A stretch of 64,000 bases of DNA. Source: the human T2T-CHM13v2.0 reference genome, Homo sapiens. The stretch lies in assembly GCF_009914755.1 (NCBI RefSeq), contig NC_060929.1; one strand, written 5' to 3'. How positions within the stretch are numbered: position 1 is the first letter of the stretch; the number at the start of each line of letters is the position of its first letter. Shown here one piece after another: positions 42,501 through 55,688 of this stretch. Under the pieces are notes generated by a model. That model did no database searches, was not told where the DNA came from, and saw only the letters and a program-made list of their open reading frames with translations. The translations under genes and the position numbers were made by a program.

Positions 42501-45500
42501 TATTATTAAATAGGGTTGTAAAACATCTCTTCCAAAGACTTAAGGATTTCACTAATAACAACAAACATATCCTGAAAAAGGTTATGAAGAACCTCTGATG
42601 CAATTATAAATCACAATAATAGTTGCATTAAAAAATTAAGAGAACATTGTCTGGAAATGGCACACTCTACAGGAATGCCTTCCCCACTCAATTTCCGAGA
42701 AGAGAGTCTCCATTAGTTATAACAGTTAAAGGACACTAAACACCAACAAATATGATGCTGCCTTATGCTATTACAGAACGTGAAGAACAGAGTTACTTAT
42801 GCCTTGATTTGGTATATGTGCAACATTGATGGATTCAGGCCAAAATAGGGTAAGATACCCATTTTGCAGCAGTTCTGTCATCTAACAGTTATTGGAAACT
42901 CAGTATGAGAAGGTAAAACAGAACAACAATAAAAAGATAAACTAATCAATCAATGACGATTTAAAAAACTAAAGGAATATCAATAATAAAAGTATTAACT
43001 TGTGTTGGATTGCTGGACATTTTTAAACATAAATTCGACACTTGTTCCCAGGTTTTTAAAATAAAGGAGGTAATGAAGAGTGCATGAGTGTGTGGTTCTG
43101 AAGACAAGTATGCATACCTATCTATCTATAATAAATGAACAAACTATTGAGATACCAATGTGATTACTGAATTTGGAATGTTTGCACTTCTTTCTTGCCA
43201 CACATGGAAAATAAAACGTGCAAGATAGTGTTAAGCCTAGAAATAACTAAGAATCATGTCAGAAGCATGTAATGCTGTCATACTTGATTTATTTGGCCAT
43301 AGAATGGTCATCAACACAATTGTCCATTGTAATTTTTTTGCCTTTTCATGTGATGGGTCAGATCTGTGCATTTTTTTTTTTTAAATGTAGTTTGCAAGGC
43401 TCACTGAAAAATTAACTTTGTTTTATCCAACCTGGCTTAAACAGGTGTATAAAACAAAGGCTACTTAAGTTTGTTTTGCTTTCATTTTTGTTATAATACT
43501 GAACTGGGATATATTTTAAAACATTAGTGAAGTGATGTCATGAATCAAAGTTTTCAATTTTTCAGTTTATAAAATATTGATCTATGAATGACATACACCA
43601 AAGTTTATAATCACCAGGGGTGACACTTCAGCAAGGAAGGAACCAATTTCAGAAGCAAATGTAGACGCTAGGAAGAATGGTCTTAGCAAAAGAGAAAGCA
43701 AGTTGAGCCCTTCAAGAACATTTTTTTAAATTATGGTGATAGAACATAAGAAATTAAAGTATAAATCGGCACCTTTATGGGATTTCATTAATTTTGTTGG
43801 TCAACAAATACAAGCTTAGTACCAATTATGTGTCTAAAACTGTGCAGAGGCTTAGGTGAGTGAGGTCCCTGCCCTCAAAGATGATGAGAAAGAGATAGAT
43901 CCATTGTTTCAAATAGAAGGCAATTCTGAATATATCCTTGTCTCCCTACGCATTATGGTCCCATTTAAGCAGGAAAGGAAACTAAGCATTGATGAGTTAG
44001 AATATGAATGCCTGCAGGGAGCCAAGTGGCAGAAAGAACAATGCTTATAAATTAATCAGAAGTCAAGATGAATGGAGAATTGTAATGTGGCCTTGAGGAA
44101 CAGAGTGTGGAACGTCTTTAGGATGAAAGAAATAAAGAGTTTGGAGAAAAGAGATAGTACAGATAGCATGTTATCCAACCACCTAGTAAAGTGTCACTCT
44201 TTCTTTCCCACTGTGATTAGACCGATTTTCCATTGGTCTGACCTGGCTTAAATTGACCTTAAGACACCATTGGTATGGCAATATTGTGTTCAGTTATTAT
44301 GTATAGACAGATATGCCAAACTTGTCTTTAAAACCACACTTTATTGATTCTGATAAATGTTAAATTCTAAAGGATATTTTTGATGATGAGGAAATGATTT
44401 CAATTAACTGTGCAAAGTCAAGCTATAAATTTCAAATTAGTCATGGCAAGCCTAATATAGGGGACATCTACTTCCCTTTTGAACTTAAATGCATATTCAA
44501 AGCCATCTCTGTGCAGACAATAGGAGCAGTATTTATTTTAAAAAAGAAAAATAGGGAGCTCAAGTATGTTGAATAATCAATGGCTGTACAATAATATAAA
44601 GAAATTGAATAGATTTGTCAGCGTGTCAGTCAGAAATGAATTAGAATCGTAGTAAAGAAATAAAGGTAAAAGGAATTTCTCTGAGGAAAAGAAGCATGCA
44701 AAATAAAAGCATTAGTGTGACATACAGTTTACAGAAACTCTCCTTGTGGAGAGTAAAGTTTATGTTTGTTGACAGTACAACAGGAACGTGTCACACAATG
44801 TAAAAATGATCATGCCATAACCACTTCTTCGCTGATGGCTTGATTTTACAGGCAGTGATCTCCATGAGATGGAATTCAACATGCATTTCTACCTACTGAC
44901 ATTGGCCAGAGTAGGTACTTGGATGAATGGACATAATTATGTGAGACCAAAATAGTTTCTGCCATGAGATATTTTATGCCATGATACCACAAGAAAAAGT
45001 CATGTTGCTTATACATTGGAATGTCTTTAGGAAAAATGAACAAAAATTGTATTATTTATATTTCATATTATAGATGTCATTTCTACCTATCTATAGCAAC
45101 TGACATAGGATACTTGGATTCTCAGAAAACTGAGACCTCCTAGAAAAATTAATATTTATGTTAGTAATAGCAGAATTCATGGGAGCAATTGTTATAGCAT
45201 GTATTTACTGGGCACTTATGTAATAAGCATTGTCTTTGTTTTCCTTGCTTTAATTCTCTAATATTTATAGTGCAAATTCTCTAATATTTATAGTGCTCCC
45301 TTGACAATCTTTATTTTACATATAAAGAAATGAAGCTTGGGCTAAGTATACAAATAAGTCAATGCCCTTTGAAAAGCAAAAAAGAAACAATCCAGCCTGG
45401 CTTGCCCTAATGAAGGCAGCAAGACAAGGTCCAAACCATCTGTACCAAAAACGTCACGAATTCAGATGTAACTTAGGTGGTCATTGCACCTTTAAGTCTC

Positions 45501-46316
45501 TTCTTTTGGGTAGGTATTGTGTTTTACATGAATTTGCAGAAAGAGATCACAATCTAATAAAAGTCTCAAGTTTAATCCTGAAAAGGAAGCAGATTTATTT
45601 GTGAAGCTTTCTCTGGGCTCTAATTTCCTAATCACATATATATTAATGCTGATAGAACTTGTCTTTGAGAGGTACAGCTCTTACCAATCTTAGGAAGTGG
45701 TAAAAGATTCTGCTACTTCACTCTCTTTTTACATTTTTGGTTCATATCAGTATCCTATCAGAGTTTACATTGCCAATATGAATACTGGCATTTGCAGGAA
45801 TTATGACAAATGTTAGTGGTTTGGGCAGCAATGTGCTAAGAAATGTTTAACAAATGACTCTCCAGAAAAAAAAGTATGCACATATATGGATACATAAGTT
45901 TAGCATAAATGTTATAATACATAGGACACAAGTTACAAATAGTAACAAAATATGTGATATTCTTTATTGTAAATTTTACACAGCCAATTGATTTTTGAAG
46001 ACTGTTCCCTTGATTTTTGTCAAACTCTGGTATTTATTGCCAATGTGCTGGTAATAATTGATCAACTACTACAGCACATTCTGACATGAATATTGGTATT
46101 TTAATTTACATTCATAAGACAAAACAATAAATATATTGGAACGTCACTAATTCACCAATGGCCAACTTCTTTGCTGATTCAAATAATTGTTTTCAAGCAC
46201 TAAGATAATATTTCTTAATTTTGTTTGTACTATTAATAATGTTACAGCTACAGACATGAGTTTGAAATTTATCTATATTTTTAATATTTTCTCCATTACT
46301 TTCTTAACCCTAGACT

Positions 46317-46517
46317 AAGGGTCACCAACTACAGCCCACAGGGTAAATCTGGCCTACCACCTGTCTTTCTAAATAAAGTTTGATGGAGTACTACTAGCTT
46401 ATTTGTTTGTGTATTGTCCGTGTCTACTTTTATGTTAGAACCACAGAGTTGAGTAGTTGCTGCAGAAAACATATGGTGCACAAAGTATAAATATTTATTC
46501 TCTGGCCCTATAGAGGA
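46317..46517. mobile_element. MER58A
   Basis: aggggtcacc-like start, aactacagcccacagggtaaatctggcctaccacctg...aaataaagtt...cagagttgagtagttgc...tctggccc. Confidence 0.85.
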
Positions 46518-46775
46518 GATTTGTATTTTCAGTCAAAATAATAAATTGAGCCTTGATTTGTGGTGTTTGCTGGTTTCCATAGTATAAACATTTCCACTCT
46601 GTTTTCAAGTTATCAATGCAATATGACTAACGATAACAGCTAAGTATAGAGTTGGGGAGAAATGCTCAGTAGCACATCATTGGATGGAATTTACGCCATA
46701 CCCATGCAAGGGGGCGGTAAGCAAGTCCAAGAACATAAGAGTAAAATGTGGTAAATTTTACTTAAGTTATGAAGT

Positions 46776-47170
46776 TGTAGATTGAATTGTCTCTCTCAAA
46801 AAAGATATGTTGAAATTCTAAAACCTTTGGTACCTGTGAATGTGGACTTTATTTGGAAATAGGGTCTTTGCAAACGTAATGAAGTTAAGATGAGGTCATA
46901 CTGGATAATGGTGAGTCCCAATTTCAGTGGAGAGAAAGATTTGATGACAGAGAAGAGACACACGGAAGGCCCTGTGAAGACAGAGGCAGAAATTGAAGCT
47001 ATACTGGCACAAACCAAGGGATGCCAAGGATTACCGGCAATCACCAGAAATTGGAAAAAGCAAGGAGGAATTTCCTCCCCCTTTCCCCCTTCCTGAGCAT
47101 TCAGAGAGAGCCTGGGAACAATTTGACTTCAGACTTCCAACCTACAAAACTTGTGGTAACTTTGTGGTAA
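46776..47170 (+). mobile_element. MLT1C-like MaLR LTR
   Basis: ttgaattgtctctctcaaaaaagatatgttgaa...tacctgtgaatgtg...atttggaaatagggtctttgca...gttaagatgaggtcatactgga...caagggatgccaaggatt. Confidence 0.88.
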
Positions 47171-47790
47171 TGTATAGCTGTGGCTTTTGGAAAAGAATAC
47201 TGAAGCTGTTGACCTTTGAGTATTTACTACTTCTGTTTTTCACATAATTAATTCCATTGTATATTTATATAATTTAATTTTTAATAATGGCTATGTTGAA
47301 TAAGTTTGCAGAATTCCTGAAGATTTGACAAAATAATGCGCTAGTTTGGGCCTGCTCCAGCACACCATTCTTAAAACAATCAGGAGTGATAAGGCCACAT
47401 GTTCCCCTGGGGGAGGGAAGAGAGTTAGAGCCCAGCTTTACTTCCAGCCTTCCATGGTTCTAGAAAGCCAGTTCTGTTAAGTGGGAAATAACAATGAGAG
47501 ATATTAGGGAGCAAATAAAACTCAGTCCTTGCTGTTTAAGCTTTAAGTTTTGGATCTGATTTGTCTGAAAGGAACTGAAATGAGAGCCCAAGTCATAGGC
47601 ATAAGAAATGAAACTTGATTTTGAAACCCACCTGATTGTGTTGCCTCATCTTTTGATGTGATTCCTGTTTCAGTCAAGACTGGCTCAAGTAGTGCATGGG
47701 ACTGAATATCAGTTGCCCAATCTTGGACTACAAAATAAAGCAGCAAAATAAATGAGGTGGGATCTGTTTTGAACCTTAATTTAGAAATAA

Positions 47791-48161
<371 letters not shown>

Positions 48162-49482
48162 TTCTTGTGTATTTTCAAAGAGTATTTTCCCCAAACTTCA
48201 GATATGTAGTAAATCCTGGTAGCATATAGCTCTTAAATGCATATGTAAACATTTTAATTTTAGTAGCACTTTGTGTTGAAACTGCTCATCCTCTGCCAAA
48301 GGAATACGCATTCTATGTCTCATTATTTTAACCTTGAAGAGCAAACTGCTGAACATTTAGTAATGGGAAGACATGTTTAGGAATAGAATCATGTTAACCA
48401 GAAATAAGCATTAGATATGAAGTTCAGCTGAGTAAAAACCAAGTTCTTTATTACTAATGAAGTGACAGATGCAAGTCCTTTCTCTCACCCTTTTTATCCC
48501 TTTCTATTCAGTGGTGAGAGAAGTTGATATTTGCTGACACTTTACAATCACTTGAAAGTTAGATTTCTGGTTTCCTGTTGACAGGCCAGCTTGTAACTCC
48601 TCAAGGTCAAAAGTACTATTTTATATTCTGCCAGTAACTACAGGGAATTCTGATCCATAGGTTATCTCTTTAAAGAAAAGTCCTTTGGTATACTAAGTAA
48701 TTGGACTGTTGTCCTTTTCCTCTATGCCTGTGTTTAACCAATAATATGAAGATTTCATTATCATCATCTCCCAGATTGTTCTCCTGGCTTAGTTTGGACA
48801 TTTATTGAAACACTCCTTTTGTTGCATAAACGTTGCCTGTAACAGAGGGGCTGCACTGATTTCACAATGAGGGAACCCTGTTTTGCACTACGTATTGTAT
48901 GTTGCTCTTTAGCTTGTTCACTAATAATAATACTATAGCCCTGGATACCAAACCCCAGTTAGTCAGAAATTCTACAGGTGAAATCACATCACTTGGAAAT
49001 ATTTTGATGCATGGAATGATAATGCTTCATCTCGTGGAGTGGAAAAAAAGTATATAACTAAATTTGATATTTGACATTTTAAAGGTAACTTGCAACTTAA
49101 CAAGAAAAGTGATGATTGGGTAAACTAAAATAATATATTCAGCCTCTGAGTTACACAGTCAAACCCCTGACATAGAGGACAAGGCTGAGAAAGGCATTCT
49201 TTTAAAAATTTTTAACTCATCAGGCCATAGGCTATTTCACAGGTTTCTAAATAAAATGATTAAGGGGAAAGTTGTTTTTTTTTTTTCCTATTTTTTAACC
49301 TATATAGAAATAAGAGTGCTAGTACTGTTTTTATCGTTGATAATTTGTGGTATTGTGTTTTTATAGAAGGAAATTTAATGTGATATTTTTGTAATGCATC
49401 AAATTGATTTTCATACTTTAATTTCCATTAATCCATTAAATTTCAGAACCATTAGGAATAAGTAAAAGGAAATTGTCCACAA

Positions 49483-49484
<2 letters not shown>

Positions 49485-49519
<35 letters not shown>
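49485..49519. repeat. (AC)n microsatellite, about 17 units
   Basis: Read directly from the sequence. Confidence 0.95.
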
Positions 49520-49522
<3 letters not shown>

Positions 49523-49869
49523 ATTTCTACTCTTGCCCCAAAGATACATTTTAATCAACTCTACCTTCTGCTGTTGTTTGGAGTCTATTACCATTTAATG
49601 TTCTAGGCCTGACTTCTAGGCATTTTCTTATTGTTTTCAGTCACATAGAGAGAGCTCAGAGGAAGGAAAGCGGCAACTTGATGAAGATTATACTGATGTT
49701 CTTTGGCAACATAGGTCCTCCTTTGGCAGAAGAGGCCATCTTCACTATGGGGTGCAGATTCTTAGAAAATAATATTGGAATTCCTCTAGGTTGAATATTA
49801 AAATAGCCATGACACTTGAGGAAATCACTCTTAGGGTCCATGCTTAAATTAGATTCTTGTAAAGTTGCA

Positions 49870-50395
49870 TGATGTTTCTAGGTATGCATCTCAGAGAAAC
49901 AAAAATATATGTCCACAAAAGCCTTGTACAAGGATATTCACGGCAGCCTTACTAGTAAGAGCTACAACCTAGAAACAATCCTCTCTCTTGTCTAACTAGA
50001 AAAGGATAGATTATTGAATAAAGGGTACGTTTATTTATAATGGAATACTACATGGGAGTAAAAAGGGGGACAAAGATCTACATTGGTTAATCTCAGAGAT
50101 CTACATTGGTTATGTTGAAGGACAGAATTCAGGCTCAATAGGCCATGTATTCTATACTTCCACTTCTTCAAAGTTCTAGAACCTGCAAAGCAAATCAATG
50201 GTGATGAAAATCAGAAGAGTTCTTGCTTTGAGTGAGGGGAGTGAACTGGGTGTGAAGAAGCATGAGAAATATTTCTAGAATAAAGGAAATGCCCTATATC
50301 TTAACAGGCATGTAGGTTACTGGTGTATATATTTGTTAAAATTGATTGTGTTCTTAAGATCTATGCATTCACTCTGTGTAAATTACACCTCACTA
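49870..50395 (+). mobile_element. Old L1 (L1ME-like) 3' end
   Basis: aaaatatatgtccacaaaa..cttgtacaaggatattcacggcagc...atggaatactac...cttaagatctatgcattcactctgtgtaaattacacctca. Confidence 0.75.
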
Positions 50396-51069
50396 TAAAG
50401 TCACCAGGTACTTTGGAGAAAATAATGATTTTTAAGTTACTTTTTTATACATAATAATTTGCCTTCCTCCAATTCTCTTAATTTTTTCACAATACAATCC
50501 CATCTACTATATTATTTTATCCTGTGGTTAATAAAGCATGGATGGAAGGCTTCTGACAAGAAGGCTTCTGACGAGAGTAGGGAGCACTAGAAGTCTGTCT
50601 CCCTACCTACACAAAAATTGCACTGGCAGAATCAGTCTGATGTAAATATTTTGAAACTCTGGAGTCTGTTGAAGGCTTGCAACTTCCAAGGGAAGGCTTA
50701 GATGGTACATTTCAGTTAATTAATGACCATTTCACCTCATAGCACAGTAAGAGCTACCCATCCCTTGTCCCCAGCAGCTCACACACAGATTGCAGGGCCA
50801 GGGTTGATGAAAAATAACCCTGCTTTCCAAATGTCAGAGATCTTTGCTGTGATTACTGACTTCTGTTTCTGATCACAGAGGTGCAGACAAAGAGGCAGTG
50901 CCCACTTTTGTTGTGACTCCCCCTCCTTATTGTTGCAAGCCAGTTCTCCTCTAATTGAAATGATTTCCAGGGAACTTAAAGGACCAATAAATTTTTCTCC
51001 TTCATTTCTCTCTTTTTCCTCCTTTTGGGAGCCAGACATTGAAAACAAGGATATTGAAAAGTAATTGCA

Positions 51070-51372
51070 GGCCAGGTGTGGTGGCTCTCGCCTGTAATCC
51101 TAGCACTTTGGGAGGCTGAGGCAGGTGGATCACCTGAGGTCAGGAGCTCAAGACCAGCCTTGCCAACTTGGTGAGACCCCATCTCTACTTAAAATACAAA
51201 AATTAGCCAGGCGTGGTGGTGAACACCTGTAATCCCAGCTACACAGGAGGCTGAGGCAGGAGAATCACTTGAACCCAGGAGATGGAAGTTGGAATGAGCT
51301 GAGATCATGCCAGTCACCACTGCCTTCCAGCCTAGGCAACAGAATGAGATCCTGTCTCAAAAAAAAAAAAAA
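51070..51372 (+). mobile_element. AluSx-like
   Basis: gatcacctgaggtcagg; TSD aaaagtaatt. Confidence 0.95.
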
Positions 51373-54300
51373 AGTAATTTCATATATGGAGAAATTAGAA
51401 AGTCATTGTCCATGCACAGGGGAAGACACAGGCTGAGAAAACACCAGAGAAGACTTTGAGTTTATACCTCTAACTAATCCTCTATACAGATACAGCCTAC
51501 AACAATAAAAAACCAAAAGCAAAACCAAACAAAAACACCAGCAAACCTGAGAGAAGGGAGGAAATATAATTTCCAGAGTTATCACATTATTAAAATAAAA
51601 TGTCCAGGGTACTACACACACAAATCACAAGGCATACAAAAAAATAGAAAAGGATGTCCCATTCAAAGGAGAGAAATGAATGAACAGAAACTCTTCCTGA
51701 AAAAGAGCTGATGGTGGATCTACTAGACAAGTACTTTAAAACTACTGTCTTACAAAACAAATTGGGCAAGTTTAAGGCATAGAAAAAGTCAAGAAAACAA
51801 TGTATAACAAGACGGGAATATCAATTAAAAAATAGAAAACCTAAAAAAATTCTGGAACTGGAAAGTACAATAACTAAAATAAAAATTTACTAGAGTGATT
51901 TAAAGACAGATTTAATCAGGCAAAAGAAAGAATCTGAACTTGAACATAGGACAGTGGAGATTATCAAGTTTGAGAAACAAAAATAAAAACTTCTTTTAAG
52001 TGAATAGGCCTAAGGGGCTTGTGGGACACCATCAAGTGAACAACATCACATTGTAGGGTCTCAGAAGGAGAAGAGAGACAAAGAAAAAGGCAGAGAAAAT
52101 ACTAAAAGGAAGAGTCTGAAGTCTTCCCAAATTTGATGAAGGACATAAATATTAACATCCAAATATCTTAACTAACTTCAAATAGAATGCATTCAAAAAG
52201 GCAGACCCACACCAAGACATATTATAATTAAACTGTGGAAAGACAAAGAATTTTGAAAGCAACAAGGGAAAAGCAACTTGTCATATATAAGGGCCTCTTA
52301 GTAAAATTATTAGCGGAATTCTTGTAAGCTATATTCAAAGAAAATAACCAAGAATTCTATATCCCACATAATTCTTCTTAAAAGCTGAAAGAGAAATTAG
52401 GACTTCCCATATACACAAAACTTTACGACTTTTTTTTTTTTTCCCAAGACCTACTATGAAAGAAATTATAAAGGTAGTCAATCAAGTTGAAATAAAAGGA
52501 CATTAGACAGTAAAACTTGAATTCCTATGAAGGAATAAAAATCTCTGTAAAAGTAAATACATGGGAAATTATAAAATTATTGTAACAATGGTGTGTGAGT
52601 CCACTTTTTGTTTCCTTTGTGATTTAAGAGACTAATATATATTTTAAAAATTATTAGATTAAAAGGTAGTATTATTATAACTGTGGCTTGTAACTCTAAA
52701 TTTATTCTCTGGACAGTTTAAAAGACCAATGTTTTTTAAAATTAATTAGCTTATGTTTTTGGACACACAATGTATAAAGATGTAACTTTGTGACATCAAC
52801 GACTAAAAGAAGTGGGGACTGAGCTGTTAAAAAAGCAAATTTTTTGTAGGTTGTTTAAGTTAAGCTGTTATAAATTCTAATTAGAGTGTTATAACTTAGG
52901 ATGTTACAGAAAATCCTCATTGTAACTACAAGGACAATAGCTAAAGAACATAACAACTAAAAAAAAAAAAAAAAAAAAAAAGAAGAGAATGTAAACATTT
53001 CACTACAAAGAAAATCAACTAAATACAAAATAATTCAGTAATACAGAATGAGGAACAAAACAGCTATAAGGCATATGGAAAACAAATAGTAAAATGATTT
53101 TGGTAAGTCCTTCCTTTGCATTCATTGCTTTACATGTAAATTGGCTAAACTCTTAAATAAAAAGACACAGGTAGCAGAATGGATGTTTAAAAATAATTCA
53201 ACTATAATTGAATAGTCCCTAAGAGTCTGACTTTAGATCCAGACACACATAGGTTGAAACTGAAAGGATGACAAATGATGTTCCATCTAAATAGAAACCA
53301 AAACAGAGCACGACTGGCTTATACTACATATGATAATACAGACTAAATCAAAAAAGTTTTTAGGAGACAAAGATGTTACATATTAATAAAAGTTTCAATA
53401 CAGCAAGATCTAACAATTACAAACATTAATTTACCTGATTACAGACCATCAAAATATATAAAGAAAAATGGACAGAAATGATGAAAGATATAAACAGTTC
53501 TACAGTAATTATAGGAGACTTCAATACCCTACTCTCTATATTGAATATAACAGGTAGACAGAAGATAAATGAAGAAGTAGAGGACTTAGACAACACAATA
53601 AACCAGGTAGATCTAACAGGCATATACAGCACACTACCTAATAACAATAGAGTACACATTCTTTTCAAATGCACATGGACATCTTCTAAGATAGACAATA
53701 TGTTAGGCCTCGAATTAGTCTCAGTAGATTTAAAATGATAGATATCATGCAAAGTATCTTCTCCTACCACAATGGGATGAAGTTAAAAATTCATAACAAA
53801 AGGAACCAAAAAAGTACTAATTTGTAGAAATTAAATAACACAATTCTAAACAACCAATAGATCAAAAAAGAAATCACAAAGCAACTTTAGAGAAAATGTT
53901 TAGAGATAGATGAAGACAAAAACACAGTATGCCAAAACTATAAGATATAGCAAAGCAGGGAACAACAGGGAAAATTTATAGCTCTACAAGCTTACATTAA
54001 AAAAAAAAGAAAGACCTCAAATTAACAACCCAAGTTTACAACTTAAGAAACTAGAAAAAGAAAAACAAAACAAAACCCAAAACTAGCAGCAGGAAGGAAA
54101 AAATAAAGATTAGAAATGAGAAAAACAAAACAAAGAAATGAAAAAAAAAAAAACAAAGAAAATCTATAAAACTAAAAGTGGAGTTTTTGAAAAGAACAAT
54201 GCAATTGTCAATTCTATAGCTAGATGTACTAAAGAGATGAGTCCAGTTACTCAAATTAGAAATAAAAGTGGGGATATTCCTACCAATTCTACAGAAATAA

Positions 54301-54908
54301 AAAGGATTATAAGAGAAAATTGTGATCAATTGTATGTCAACAAGTTGGATAACTTAGAAGAAATGGACAAATTCGTGTAAATACAAAAGCTACTAAGACT
54401 CATCCATGAAGAAATAGAAAATCTGAATAGATCTGTAATACTGAGGACATTGAATCAGTAATCAAAAATCTCCTGACAAAGAAATGCCCTGGATCTCATG
54501 GTTTCACAAGTGAACTCTACCAAACATTTAAAGAGAACATCAACATTTCTCAAACTCTTCTGAAACAATTGAAGAGGAGAGCACATTCTAAACTGATTCT
54601 GTAAGGCCATCCTTACCCTGATCCCAAAGCCAGACAAAGACACTACGAGAAAACTACAGACCAATATTTCTTATAAACTTTGATCCAAAAATCTTTGACA
54701 AAACACTAGTTAACCAAATTCAACAGCACACTTAAAAGATCATACAACATGACCAAGTGGAATTTATTCCTGTAAAACAAGAATGACTTAACGTGCAAAA
54801 ACTGATGTATGTTGTTTATTATACAACAGAATGAAGGAAAAAACCACATATTGATCTGAATAGCCCAAACAATACAGAAAAAGCATTTGACAGAATTCAG
54901 CATCCTTT

Positions 54909-55523
54909 TATGTCTGGAGTTGGTTCCTTCTGGTGGGTTCTTGGTCTCGCTGACTTCAAGAATGGAGCCACAGACCTTCGCGGTGTTACAGCTCTTAAAG
55001 GTGGCACAGACCCAAAGAGTGAGCAGCAACAAGATTTATTGTGAAGAGCGAAAGAACAAAGCTTCCACAGCGTGGAAGGGGACCCAAGTGGGTTGTCACT
55101 GCTGGCTGGGGTGGCCAGCTTTTAGTCCCGTATTTGTCCCCACCCATGTCCTGCTGATTGGTCCATTTTATAGAGTGCTGATTGGTCCATTTTACAGTGT
55201 GTTGATTGGTCATTTTGCAGAGCACTGATTGGTCCATTTTACAAACCTCTAGCTAGCCACAGAGAGCTAACTGGTGCATTTTTACAGAGTGCTGATTGGT
55301 GCATTTCACAAACCTCTAGCTAGCCACAGAGTGCTGATTGGTGCATTTTACAGAGCACTGATTGTGCGTTTTACAAACCTCTAGCTAGCTACAGAGTGCT
55401 GATTGGTACCTTTTTCAATCCTAGCCACAGAGTGCTGATTGGTGCATTTTACAATCCTCCTGTAAGAAGGAAAAGTTCTCCAAGTCCCCACCCAATCCAG
55501 AATCCAGTTGGCTTCACCTCTCA
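54909..55523 (-). mobile_element. ERV9 solo LTR (LTR12F-like)
   Basis: Minus strand starts tgagaggtgaagccaactgg and ends ggaaccaactccagacata; tandem gctgattggt repeats; exact 4-bp TSD cttt (54905-08, 55524-27). Confidence 0.95.
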
Positions 55524-55606
55524 CTTTCATAATAAAAATACTTAAACTAGAAATAGAAAGAAAGTATTGTAACATAATAAAAGCCATACATAGTAATCCC
55601 ACAGCA

Positions 55607-55688
55607 GGCCAGGCATGGTGGCTTACGCCTGTAATCCCAGCACTCTGGGAGGCTGAGGCGGGTGGATCACAAGGTCAGGAGATCGAGG
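55607..55688 (+). mobile_element. 3'-truncated tailless Alu (Y/Sc-like 5' end) with TSD
   Basis: ggccaggcatggtggc...ggatcacaaggtcaggagatcgag; flanked by aatcccacagca on both sides. Confidence 0.93.

Larger units (their letters stand above)
45825..47369. mobile_element. MER63 (hAT-Blackjack) element with nested MER58A and MLT1
   Basis: Left end tgtgctaagaaatgtttaacaaatgactctc, right end gctccagcacaccatt; internal tttattgtaaattttacacagccaattgatt and atttaatttttaataatggctatg match recalled MER63. Confidence 0.75.

Noticed and set aside
55150-55450. Regular short repeats with spacers, superficially CRISPR-like
   Set aside because: These are the known U3 tandem CCAAT repeats of LTR12; the spacers are themselves repetitive and the DNA is primate
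54905-55529. Apparent 6-bp TSD ctttta/ctttca around LTR12, atypical for ERV9
   Set aside because: The LTR terminus is TG mutated to TA at 54909-54910, which gives the normal 4-bp TSD cttt
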